Shown piece after piece: positions 32,548-40,753 of a stretch of 64,000 bases of DNA. The stretch is from the NCBI GenBank assembly GCA_023251075.1, contig JAHEZM010000011.1, positions 23,663 to 87,662 of the forward strand. Direction: 5' to 3'. Both the position numbers and the translations under genes were made by a program. This stretch comes from Flavobacteriales bacterium. Its GTDB lineage: Bacteria > Bacteroidota > Bacteroidia > Flavobacteriales_C > GCA-002722245. How positions within the stretch are numbered: the stretch's first letter is position 1; every line of letters begins with the position of its first letter. The notes below the pieces were generated by a model. It made no database searches. It was not told the origin of the DNA and saw only the letters and a list, made by a program, of their open reading frames with translations.

Positions 32548-33533
32548 GAATTAAGCTCTTTCCAAAGCATGTCTTTCAATTTATCTAATCCTTGTTTTTT
32601 CATAGCAGAAATAAAAATATAAGGCACCTTTTTAGGTAGTGTTTTTTTAATTTCCGCTTCCAATTCCTCATCCAGCATATCCGATTTATTAATCGCTAAG
32701 ATGATTTTTTTATCTAACAAATCAGGGTTGTATTTTTCTAATTCTGATAACAAAATTTTGTATTCCTTCTTAATATCATCACTATCTGCTGGAATAACAA
32801 AAAGTAAAATGGAATTTCTTTCGATGTGACGCAGAAATCGATGACCCAAACCTTTTCCTTCACTGGCCCCTTCAATAATTCCTGGTATATCAGCAGCAAT
32901 GAACGATTTATATTCACCGTATTTTACAATACCCAAATTAGGGGTTAAAGTAGTAAATGCATAATCGGCAATTTCAGGCTTGGCAGCGCTTAAAACAGAA
33001 AGCAATGTACTTTTTCCAGCATTTGGAAAACCAACAAAACCAACATCGGCCAATACTTTTAATTCTAAAATTTTCCAATCTTCCCTCCCCGGCTCACCCG
33101 TTTGGTGATGACGTGGGTTTTGGTTTACAGAATTCTTAAAGTTGGCATTGCCTAAACCTCCTCTACCACCTGGTGCTACAATAAAAGTTTGACCTTCTTC
33201 AACAATTTCACACTCAACATTTCCTGTTTCAGCATCTTTAACAATAGTACCCAATGGAACATCCAAAATCACATCTTCACCACGAGCTCCGGTTCTATTG
33301 CCCGCATCTCCAGGTACTCCGTTGGGAGAAATAACATGCTTACGATACTTCAGGTGAATGAGGGTCCAATGCTGGTGACTACCTCTTAAAATGATATGCC
33401 CCCCTCTGCCGCCATCTCCTCCATCCGGTCCACCTTTCGCCGTACTTTTGTCGCGATGAAAATGCATACTCCCCGCACCTCCTGCACCAGAGCGACAACA
33501 AATTTTTACGTAATCAATAAAGTTGGAATCCAT
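32544..33533 (-). CDS. obgE: GTPase ObgE
   Basis: Gly-rich [38 protein letters not shown]. Confidence 0.97.
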   Translation of the reverse strand: MDSNFIDYVKICCRSGAGGAGSMHFHRDKSTAKGGPDGGDGGRGGHIILRGSHQHWTLIHLKYRKHVISPNGVPGDAGNRTGARGEDVILDVPLGTIVKDAETGNVECEIVEEGQTFIVAPGGRGGLGNANFKNSVNQNPRHHQTGEPGREDWKILELKVLADVGFVGFPNAGKSTLLSVLSAAKPEIADYAFTTLTPNLGIVKYGEYKSFIAADIPGIIEGASEGKGLGHRFLRHIERNSILLFVIPADSDDIKKEYKILLSELEKYNPDLLDKKIILAINKSDMLDEELEAEIKKTLPKKVPYIFISAMKKQGLDKLKDMLWKELNS

Positions 33534-33540
33534 GTAATTA

Positions 33541-33612
33541 GTTCAATGTTTAAAGTTCAATGTTCAATGTTTACAGTACGAAACTTTGAACATTGAACAC
33601 CGAACAAAGAAC
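33541..33612. repeat. Heptamer-periodic inverted repeat (GTTCAAT)n/(ATTGAAC)n
   Basis: gttcaat gtttaaa gttcaat gttcaat gtttaca ... tttgaac attgaac accgaac aaagaac. Confidence 0.8.
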
Positions 33613-33619
33613 TTATTTA

Positions 33620-34198
33620 TTATGCTTTTACGCCATCAATCGCCTCACACAAAGCCTCAAAAATAGTATCTATAGTGCCTACACCTTCAATTCCTACTTG
33701 TTTACCTTGTGATTTGTAATAATCTTTTAATGGCAGTGTTTGCTCATTGTATATTTTAATTCTGTTTTGAATAGTTTTAGTATCCTGATCATCAGCCCTA
33801 CCACTTACTTTTCCTCTCCCAAGTAAACGTGTTACCAATTCTTCTTCAGGAACCTCTAACGACAACATTACGGAAATACCTGTTCCTTTAGCCGATAAAA
33901 CTTTATCTAAAGCCTGAGCCTGAGGAGTAGTTCTAGGGAAACCATCGAAAATAAATCCATTTTTATTAGCGCTAGAAGAAATCTTATTGTCGATCATTCC
34001 AATTACCACTTCATCTGGCACCAATTCACCTTTTTCAATCAATGCTTTTGCCTGTAAACCTAATGCTGTAGCAGCATTCATCTCTGCTCTCAGGATATCT
34101 CCTGTAGAAAGATGCACCAATCCATACTTTTCCAACAACTTTGTTGACTGAGTTCCTTTTCCTGCGCCCGGAGGGCCAAATAAAACGATGTTTAACAT
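33620..34198 (-). CDS. adk: Adenylate kinase (short, LID-less type)
   Basis: GPPGAGKGTQ, HLSTGDILR, FDGFPRT, GRADD; ATG 34198 preferred over 34330. Confidence 0.96.
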   Translation of the reverse strand: MLNIVLFGPPGAGKGTQSTKLLEKYGLVHLSTGDILRAEMNAATALGLQAKALIEKGELVPDEVVIGMIDNKISSSANKNGFIFDGFPRTTPQAQALDKVLSAKGTGISVMLSLEVPEEELVTRLLGRGKVSGRADDQDTKTIQNRIKIYNEQTLPLKDYYKSQGKQVGIEGVGTIDTIFEALCEAIDGVKA

Positions 34199-34240
34199 AT
34201 TGTTATTTTTTAAAACAAGGGCCCTAAGATAGTCATATTT

Positions 34241-34309
34241 GTTTAAAGTTAAAGGGATAAAATCACCACTTATAATCAACCTTAAATATTGAACATTAAA
34301 CTTTGAACT
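34241..34309. repeat. Second heptamer-periodic inverted repeat, upstream of adk
   Basis: gtttaaa gttaaag ... cttaaat attgaac attaaac tttgaac. Confidence 0.6.
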
Positions 34310-34328
34310 TTTTATTATCTTCGCATCC

Positions 34329-35471
34329 ATGCAAAAACCCTTCTATAAAGGATTTAAGATTGGCGTTCTGGGTGGCGGACAGCTGGGCAGAATGCTACTT
34401 CAAAAGTCGTATAGCTACAATTTAGAAATGGCTTTTATTGATCCCGATGCTAAAGCTCCCTGCAGAGAAATTAGCAATTGGTTTTACAAAGGCGATTTAA
34501 ATGATTTTGATTTGGTTTATGATTTTGGTAAAAAATGCGATGTTGTAACCATAGAAATTGAAAATGTAAATGTAGAGGCTCTGGCCAAACTAGAAAAAGA
34601 AGGAATCAAAGTTTTTCCTCAACCTTCCGCTTTAAAAACTATTCAGGACAAAGGATTACAGAAGTTATTCTATAAAGAAAACAACATCAACACCGCAGAA
34701 TTTTTCCTGATTGAAAACAAGAAAGAAATCATTCTTTTTATGGATCTCTTTCCTTTGGTTCAAAAACTAAGAAAAGGTGGGTATGATGGAAAAGGTGTTC
34801 AGATATTAAGGGATGTCACCGACTTAGATAAGGCTTTTGATGCTCCATCGGTTTTAGAAAGACTAGTAGATATCAAAAAAGAAATTTCTGTAATTGCTGC
34901 CCGGGCACAAGATGGAAGTGTAACAGCTTACCCTCCGGTAGAAATGGAATTCAATCCCGAAGCCAATTTAGTAGAGTTTCTTTTTTCTCCTGCCGATATT
35001 ACAAAAGAAGTGGAAACACACGCCATGCAATTGGCTAAAGATATTATCACAAAACTAGATATAGTGGGTATTTTGGCTGTGGAGATGTTCGTTACTCCCA
35101 ACAATGAAGTGGTGGTGAATGAAGTCGCCCCTCGTCCGCACAATAGCGGCCACCAAACCATTGAAGGAAATGAAACCTCACAATACGATCAATTATTGAG
35201 ATGCTTAATTGGTATGCCGTTAGGAAGCACCGATATTACTATCCCCTCTGTAATGGTTAACCTCCTGGGAGAAAAAGGATATACCGGTGCAGCAAAATAC
35301 GAAGGCATTGAGAAAGTAATGGCAACCGCCGGAGTAAATGTTCATCTTTATGGAAAAAGCGATACGAAGCCTTTTCGTAAAATGGGACACGTCACTATTG
35401 TCGACAAAGACCTCAACCAAGCCAAAGAAAAAGCAAGATTTGTTAAAGACACCTTAAAAATTATAGCATGA
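34329..35471 (+). CDS. purK: N5-carboxyaminoimidazole ribonucleotide synthase
   Basis: LGGGQLGRM, GYDGKG, NEVAPRPHNSGH, RKMGH. Confidence 0.97.
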   Translation: MQKPFYKGFKIGVLGGGQLGRMLLQKSYSYNLEMAFIDPDAKAPCREISNWFYKGDLNDFDLVYDFGKKCDVVTIEIENVNVEALAKLEKEGIKVFPQPSALKTIQDKGLQKLFYKENNINTAEFFLIENKKEIILFMDLFPLVQKLRKGGYDGKGVQILRDVTDLDKAFDAPSVLERLVDIKKEISVIAARAQDGSVTAYPPVEMEFNPEANLVEFLFSPADITKEVETHAMQLAKDIITKLDIVGILAVEMFVTPNNEVVVNEVAPRPHNSGHQTIEGNETSQYDQLLRCLIGMPLGSTDITIPSVMVNLLGEKGYTGAAKYEGIEKVMATAGVNVHLYGKSDTKPFRKMGHVTIVDKDLNQAKEKARFVKDTLKIIA

Positions 35472-35962
35472 GTGCACAAGTAGGAATTATTATGGGTAGC
35501 CAATCTGATTTAAGAATCATGCAAGACGCTGCCGATGTGTTGAAAGAATTGAAAATTGAATTCGAAATCACAGTGGTTTCTGCACACCGCACTCCCGAAA
35601 GAATGTTCGACTATGCCAAATCTGCAGCAAGCCGAGGATTAAAAGTAATCATTGCTGGAGCCGGTGGTGCCGCACATTTACCAGGTATGGTGGCTTCCTT
35701 AACTCCCCTTCCTGTGGTGGGAGTTCCTATTAAATCAAGTAACTCTATTGATGGATGGGATTCTGTTTTATCTATACTTCAAATGCCTAATGGCGTTCCT
35801 GTAGCTACTGTAGCTTTAGATGCTGCAAAAAACGCAGGAATACTGGCAGCTCAAATTATTGGTTCTTCTAATGCTGAAATATTGCAACGTATTGTTGATT
35901 TTAAAGAGCAATTAAAAGTTAAAGTGATGGAGAGTGTGGAGGAGATGAAGAAGAAAAAATAA
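35468..35962 (+). CDS. purE: N5-CAIR mutase
   Basis: IIMGSQSD, SAHRTP, AGAGGAAHLPG, QMPNGVPVAT. Confidence 0.98.
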   Translation: MSAQVGIIMGSQSDLRIMQDAADVLKELKIEFEITVVSAHRTPERMFDYAKSAASRGLKVIIAGAGGAAHLPGMVASLTPLPVVGVPIKSSNSIDGWDSVLSILQMPNGVPVATVALDAAKNAGILAAQIIGSSNAEILQRIVDFKEQLKVKVMESVEEMKKKK

Positions 35963-35975
35963 TTAATTCTCTTTT

Positions 35976-36335
35976 ATGTCTTTATTAGGAAAATCGATCT
36001 ATAATCTAGTTTCCTATATCTTGATTATTGTTGCCATTTTACTCGAAAAATTCATGTTTGGCGACAAACTGCATAATGAAATTCTTGTCATTCAACTAAT
36101 ACTTCTAGTTCTTACCTTTTTCTTAATAGAGCTCAAAAAAGCCAAAGTAATTACTTTCCTATTTTTACTAGTATTATTAGGTATTTTGGGTTATGCACTC
36201 TTTATTTTGTTCATCTTTAGCTTAGGTGGATATTTCCCTGTTTTTTATTCTGTTTTCACCTTAATAATATTGAATTTCCTTGCTAACAGCTTAATCAATA
36301 TATATCTATTATTAAAAACTTCATCTCTCTGCTAA
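35976..36335 (+). CDS. Small hydrophobic membrane protein, hypothetical
   Basis: 119 aa with about 4 TM segments; very AT-rich; 13 nt after purE. Confidence 0.55.
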   Translation: MSLLGKSIYNLVSYILIIVAILLEKFMFGDKLHNEILVIQLILLVLTFFLIELKKAKVITFLFLLVLLGILGYALFILFIFSLGGYFPVFYSVFTLIILNFLANSLINIYLLLKTSSLC

Positions 36336-36425
36336 GTTTAGCGCAACGAACTTTGCTGAATCTTTTCCCGCATCTTTCAGCTTCATGAATTATACAAGAT
36401 AAAATCCTAAAGAATGGATTCCACA

Positions 36426-36443
36426 ATCCGTCAGCTGACGGAT
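36426..36443. repeat. Perfect 18-bp palindrome ATCCGTCAGCTGACGGAT (REP-like)
   Basis: Self-complementary; a partial copy (gctgacggat) occurs near 43898-43907. Confidence 0.7.
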
Positions 36444-36470
36444 AACGGAGCTGGGTGTTAAGTATATACC

Positions 36471-37484
36471 CTACTCTGAATAAGTCACTATAAGTTTTTC
36501 CTTTCCGGGTAAAACATTAAAATAAATCCATTGGCCATCTACCGACTCTGTGAATTTAATATTGGTGATGTCTCGCGCTACAATCATATTTTTTGCTTTC
36601 TTTTTCATCTTCACTGTTAATTCGTGATTGAAAATTTTAGAATCTAAGGGACATTCAATAGAAATTTCCATCTTTCCTTTCTTATCCTTCAAAATTTTAA
36701 CTGAAGAAGCTTTCTTCTCTTTGTGATATTTTACAGCACTTTCCAAAGTAGTAACCCAAATAGAATCTTCACGAGATTTTAAAGTATCCATCATTGCTAG
36801 CATATAATCTTCAGGCATTGCATCCCATCCTTTCTCAATTTCATTATTGTAAACCGAATGCATCATAAAAGTGAGTAAACCCCCTCCATTTTCAGCATAA
36901 GTGAGCCATTTTGATACTTTTTCCAGAGTGATGATATTCCAAATTCTAGCAGTAGGGATTTTAAAATAATCGGCACTATCTAAATCAAAATTATAATTAA
37001 TAAATTTCTCGTCGGCAGCACTCACCGATCTTGCAGCAATATGTTCTCTTTCTATCCAGCGAATTACTTCAGGATTTTTGGTTCCCATAGGATAAGCAAA
37101 TGTTAGGCATTGCGCCCCAGGAACAGAATCCATAATCACCTTTCGGGCGCTGTCTATTTCGATTTTTACTTTTTCAAAAGGAATATTAGTCAAACTAGGA
37201 TGTGTTATAGTATGATTCGCAATTTCAATTCCATTGGCATGCGCCAGTCGCATCACAGGAAAGGCCGTCTTTCTCCAATTAGCCACCTGAACCGTAACAA
37301 ACATCGTAGCCGTTAATTTTCTTTTGATTAATTCGGGAACAATAATCTTCTCTTGTCCTTCCAACCAATCATCAAAAGTCATTACCACCGCACATTTCTT
37401 ATTGTTGTACCAATTGGTAATTTGAATATCCTGAGTAAAAGAAACGGAATAGAATAAAAGAAATAGTAAAGTTAGTTTTCTCAT
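36471..37484 (-). CDS. Polysaccharide deacetylase (NodB/CE4) family protein, secreted
   Basis: MTFDD, EIANHTITH, FAYPMG, FMMH; signal peptide. Confidence 0.88.
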   Translation of the reverse strand: MRKLTLLFLLFYSVSFTQDIQITNWYNNKKCAVVMTFDDWLEGQEKIIVPELIKRKLTATMFVTVQVANWRKTAFPVMRLAHANGIEIANHTITHPSLTNIPFEKVKIEIDSARKVIMDSVPGAQCLTFAYPMGTKNPEVIRWIEREHIAARSVSAADEKFINYNFDLDSADYFKIPTARIWNIITLEKVSKWLTYAENGGGLLTFMMHSVYNNEIEKGWDAMPEDYMLAMMDTLKSREDSIWVTTLESAVKYHKEKKASSVKILKDKKGKMEISIECPLDSKIFNHELTVKMKKKAKNMIVARDITNIKFTESVDGQWIYFNVLPGKEKLIVTYSE

Positions 37485-37599
37485 GTTAGTAGTTGTAATG
37501 CTGGTGGTAAAAATAAGACTTTTTTAGTGCGAATATAATTTTAACCACAGGACACAAGTAGGACATTAATCTGATTTATTAATTTTGGCTGCATTCTCC

Positions 37600-37630
37600 T
37601 GTAGGGGCACCCGCAAGGGGTGCCCCTACA
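37600..37630. repeat. GTAG-family REP-like palindrome
   Basis: tgtaggggcaccc-gcaag-gggtgcccctaca, 13-bp perfect arms, GC-rich in an AT-rich context. Confidence 0.7.
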
Positions 37631-37647
37631 AAAACACAAATTTGCTC

Positions 37648-37687
37648 AATAAAAAACCCTTCGTTGAATAACGAAGGGTTTTTTATT
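37648..37687. terminator. Terminator of the rpsF-rpsR-rplI operon
   Basis: aataaaaaacccttcgtt-gaat-aacgaagggttttttatt. Confidence 0.88.
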
Positions 37688-37706
37688 TTTTTTATTATAC
37701 TTGTGA

Positions 37707-38153
37707 TTACTCTGCTACAACCTCGAAAGAGAACTTTGCAGTAACTTCACGGTGTAATTTTACTTCAGCTTCGTAAGTACCTAAGTTTTTGATACCACCA
37801 CCCAAGATTTTGATATTTTTTCTTTCGATATCAACACCGGCAGCCTTTAAAGCATCACCTACTTGTACATTTATTACAGAACCAAATATTTTTCCAGTTT
37901 CACCAGCTTTAGCTCCAACTTTAAGAGATAAAGAAGACAATTTAGTAGCCAATGCATTTGCATCTGCTTTTGCTTTCTCATCTTTCTTAGCTCTTTGTTT
38001 AACGTTTTCAGCGTGCACTTTTCTAGCAGCCTCAGTCGCTAATACTGCAAATCCTTTAGGGATTAAGAAATTTCTTCCGTAGCCCGGTTTCACTACTACA
38101 ACATCATCTTGGAATCCAAGTGGTTGCATATCTTTTTTTAAGATCACTTCCAT
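37707..38153 (-). CDS. rplI: 50S ribosomal protein L9
   Basis: VKPGYGRNFLIPKG, GKIFGSV, KLHREV. Confidence 0.98.
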   Translation of the reverse strand: MEVILKKDMQPLGFQDDVVVVKPGYGRNFLIPKGFAVLATEAARKVHAENVKQRAKKDEKAKADANALATKLSSLSLKVGAKAGETGKIFGSVINVQVGDALKAAGVDIERKNIKILGGGIKNLGTYEAEVKLHREVTAKFSFEVVAE

Positions 38154-38161
38154 GGCTATTC

Positions 38162-38425
38162 TTATTTAAGGTTATCGGCAACAAATGGCAACAAAGCCAA
38201 TTGTCTTGCTCTTTTAATTGATTGAGATACTTTTCTTTGAAATTTCAAAGATGTACCAGTGATTCTTCTAGGAAGAACTTTGCCTTGCTCGTTCAAGAAC
38301 TTCATCAAATAATCTGGATTTTTGTAATCCACATGAGTGATTTTGCTCTTTTTAAAGCGGCAATATTTGCTTTTCTTTACCTCAATTGAAGGAGGTGTTA
38401 GATATCTGATATCGTCTGCTGCCAT
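38162..38425 (-). CDS. rpsR: 30S ribosomal protein S18
   Basis: [29 protein letters not shown]. Confidence 0.98.
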   Translation of the reverse strand: MAADDIRYLTPPSIEVKKSKYCRFKKSKITHVDYKNPDYLMKFLNEQGKVLPRRITGTSLKFQRKVSQSIKRARQLALLPFVADNLK

Positions 38426-38436
38426 TGCTTTATTTA

Positions 38437-38799
38437 TTATGCTTTAACTTCTTCTTTCTTAGCTCTTGATGCTACTGCTTTTCCTCTGAACTTGTCATTG
38501 AATTTAACAGCATGTTGATCAAGATTTACTGTTAAAAAACGCAGTAAACGCTCATCTCTTTTGTATGCCAACTCTAATTCTGCAATCACAGAACCAGGTC
38601 CTTTGAACTCAATCAGGTGATAAAACCCAGTTGATTTCTTTTTCACCGGATATGCAAGTTTTCTCAAACCCCAGTTGTCCTGATGAATAACTTCAGCGCC
38701 TTTTTGTTTCAATAAGTTAACGTACTCATTCACAGTTTCTTTCAGTTGTTCATCCGAAAGAACCGGCGTCATCACAAAAATTGTCTCGTATTGACTCAT
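38437..38799 (-). CDS. rpsF: 30S ribosomal protein S6
   Basis: [29 protein letters not shown] at 38799. Confidence 0.98.
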   Translation of the reverse strand: MSQYETIFVMTPVLSDEQLKETVNEYVNLLKQKGAEVIHQDNWGLRKLAYPVKKKSTGFYHLIEFKGPGSVIAELELAYKRDERLLRFLTVNLDQHAVKFNDKFRGKAVASRAKKEEVKA

Positions 38800-38849
38800 T
38801 ATCAATCTGTTTTTAAAAAATTCAATCCGCCTCTAAAAAAAGCGGAGGG

Positions 38850-38857
38850 CAAAAATA
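38850..38857 (-). promoter_or_regulatory. Bacteroidota -7 box for the rpsF operon
   Basis: TATTTTTG on the minus strand, followed by a tccgc/gcgga leader hairpin. Confidence 0.6.
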
Positions 38858-39033
38858 CAAAAGAATTTGTTACCTCCAAATCTTTTTGAAAGTTTATTAA
38901 CACATTCTCGTTAATAGTTCAAGGTTAATCATGCAAAGTTTAAAGTTAACTACCCAAAAACGCAATACAATCCCTATTCATAAAATGTTCAAAACAACTT
39001 TATAGGGTGAAGGGCGAACTGTGAACTCTTTTC

Positions 39034-39041
39034 TATATTTG
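39034..39041 (+). promoter_or_regulatory. Bacteroidota -7 box for dnaX
   Basis: TATATTTG ending 6 nt before ATG 39048. Confidence 0.6.
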
Positions 39042-39047
39042 CCCCCA

Positions 39048-40172
39048 ATGGAACAATTCGTAGTATCTGCCAGGAAATACCGCCCGGCCACCTTTGATCA
39101 GGTGGTAGGCCAACCTTCTTTAGTAGGCACATTGAAAAATGCCATCCGGAGTCAGCAAGTAGCTCAGGCTTTTCTTTTTTGCGGACCCCGTGGAGTTGGA
39201 AAAACGACCTGTGCCCGTATCCTCGCCAAAACCATCAATTGCCAGAACGTTACTAAAGATATTGAACCTTGTAATGAATGTGAGTCGTGTACTTCGTTTA
39301 ATTCCGGACAATCATTAAATATATATGAGTTAGATGCTGCTTCCAATAACTCGGTAGATGATATTAGAAATTTAGTTAATCAAGTTCGTATTGCCCCACA
39401 AATAGGCACAAAAAAAGCGTACATCATCGACGAGGTTCATATGTTATCGCAGGCAGCATTCAACGCTTTCCTTAAAACATTGGAAGAACCCCCTGCTCAT
39501 GCAGTGTTTATTTTAGCAACCACTGAAAAGCATAAAATCTTACCTACTATATTAAGTCGTTGTCAGGTTTTTCAATTCAACAGAATTACCGTTAACGACA
39601 TTGCAGGTCATTTAGCCAACATCGCTAAAAAAGAAAATATCGCTTACGAAGAAGAAGCTTTACATATTATTGCTCAAAAAGCAGATGGTGGTTTGCGTGA
39701 TGCTCTTTCCATTTTTGATCAGCTGGTAACTTTCTCCAATAAAAATTTAACTTATCAATCGGTAATTACCAGTTTGAATGTGTTGGATTTCGATTACTAC
39801 TTCAAAGCAACCAACTTACTACTGAATAAAAATATCCCTGAAATATTACTTCTCTTAAATGAAGTGATTGAAAAAGGATTTGATGAACACAATTTCATTT
39901 TAGGTTTGGGCGAGCATTTCCGCAATTTATTGTTGTGTAAAAATGCATCTACAGCAGGAATCATTGAAACATCAGAAAAAAATAAAGCACAATATCTTGA
40001 ACAAACCGCTAAATGTTCTGATGATCTTTTATTGTGTGGTTTAGAGCTCATCAATGATGCTGATATTCAATACAAATCAAGCAAAAACAAACGATTGCTG
40101 GTTGAACTTAGCTTATTAAAACTTTGCTCAGAAAATTTAGCAGAGCTTAAAAAAAAAAGCTTCGCCGACTGA
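39048..40172 (+). CDS. dnaX: DNA polymerase III subunit gamma/tau, N-terminal (gamma-length) ORF
   Basis: ARKYRP, GPRGVGKTT, C..C..C zinc site, ELDAASN, IIDEVHML, TILSRC; ends just after an A10 run. Confidence 0.95.
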   Translation: MEQFVVSARKYRPATFDQVVGQPSLVGTLKNAIRSQQVAQAFLFCGPRGVGKTTCARILAKTINCQNVTKDIEPCNECESCTSFNSGQSLNIYELDAASNNSVDDIRNLVNQVRIAPQIGTKKAYIIDEVHMLSQAAFNAFLKTLEEPPAHAVFILATTEKHKILPTILSRCQVFQFNRITVNDIAGHLANIAKKENIAYEEEALHIIAQKADGGLRDALSIFDQLVTFSNKNLTYQSVITSLNVLDFDYYFKATNLLLNKNIPEILLLLNEVIEKGFDEHNFILGLGEHFRNLLLCKNASTAGIIETSEKNKAQYLEQTAKCSDDLLLCGLELINDADIQYKSSKNKRLLVELSLLKLCSENLAELKKKSFAD

Positions 40173-40753
40173 GAATTCCTTTGCCTAAAGTTTCCACTCC
40201 ATCAGTAAGCACTACCCCAATTAAACCTGTTCCTAAACCAATAACTAGTGCAATTAAAGAAGAAGAACCTAAGGTAGTAAGCACCGCACCTCGTCCGAAA
40301 ATTTCATTAAAATCGGTGGGAATAAATAAAATTCTCAATCCAAAAATTGAAGAATCTAAGGAAGAAAAACACACTCCTTTAGAACGGCAAGCTTTTAATG
40401 AAACCGATTTGCTTACAGCCTGGAAAGAATACGCCGAACAGATTAAAGAGAGGGATTTAGATATTTATACAACGCTCACCCGCCATACTCCTAAATTAGA
40501 AGGACAAAAAACGGTGCTTCTTAAATTGGATAACAAAGCACAGGAGCATGAAGTAACAGAAATAAAAGTTGAACTTTTAGGGTTTATTCGTCACCGACTC
40601 AATAATTTCGAAGTAGAATTAAAAACCTTTATTGAAAAGGGAGCAGAAGAAAAAGGTTTATACACCTCAGCCGACAAATTCAAAAAAATGGCAGAAAAAA
40701 ATCCGATGTTGGAGGAATTAAAAAAACGTTTGGATTTAGATTTAGGATTTTAA
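40151..40753 (+). CDS. dnaX: DNA polymerase III tau C-terminal part, in the -1 frame relative to dnaX
   Basis: The -1 frame is open from the A10 run (after TAA at 40148); Pro/Lys-rich linker, then F...L..AW..Y and YT..DKF.KM.EKNP.L..L...LDL, typical of Bacteroidota tau C-termini. Confidence 0.8.
   Translation, partial: KKKLRRLRIPLPKVSTPSVSTTPIKPVPKPITSAIKEEEPKVVSTAPRPKISLKSVGINKILNPKIEESKEEKHTPLERQAFNETDLLTAWKEYAEQIKERDLDIYTTLTRHTPKLEGQKTVLLKLDNKAQEHEVTEIKVELLGFIRHRLNNFEVELKTFIEKGAEEKGLYTSADKFKKMAEKNPMLEELKKRLDLDLGF

Noticed and set aside
33541..33612. Possible CRISPR array or other repeat-spacer array
   Set aside because: Only 7-nt periodic units with no unique spacers; no cas genes and no 23-47 bp repeat-spacer pattern seen anywhere in the window
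38895..38903. DnaA-box-like TTATTAACA upstream of dnaX (possible origin or DnaA control)
   Set aside because: A single imperfect box in AT-rich DNA; no box cluster
40181..40753. Independent 190-aa gene starting at TTG 40181
   Set aside because: The frame is open back to the A10 run and the sequence looks like the tau linker plus C-terminus; better explained as part of dnaX
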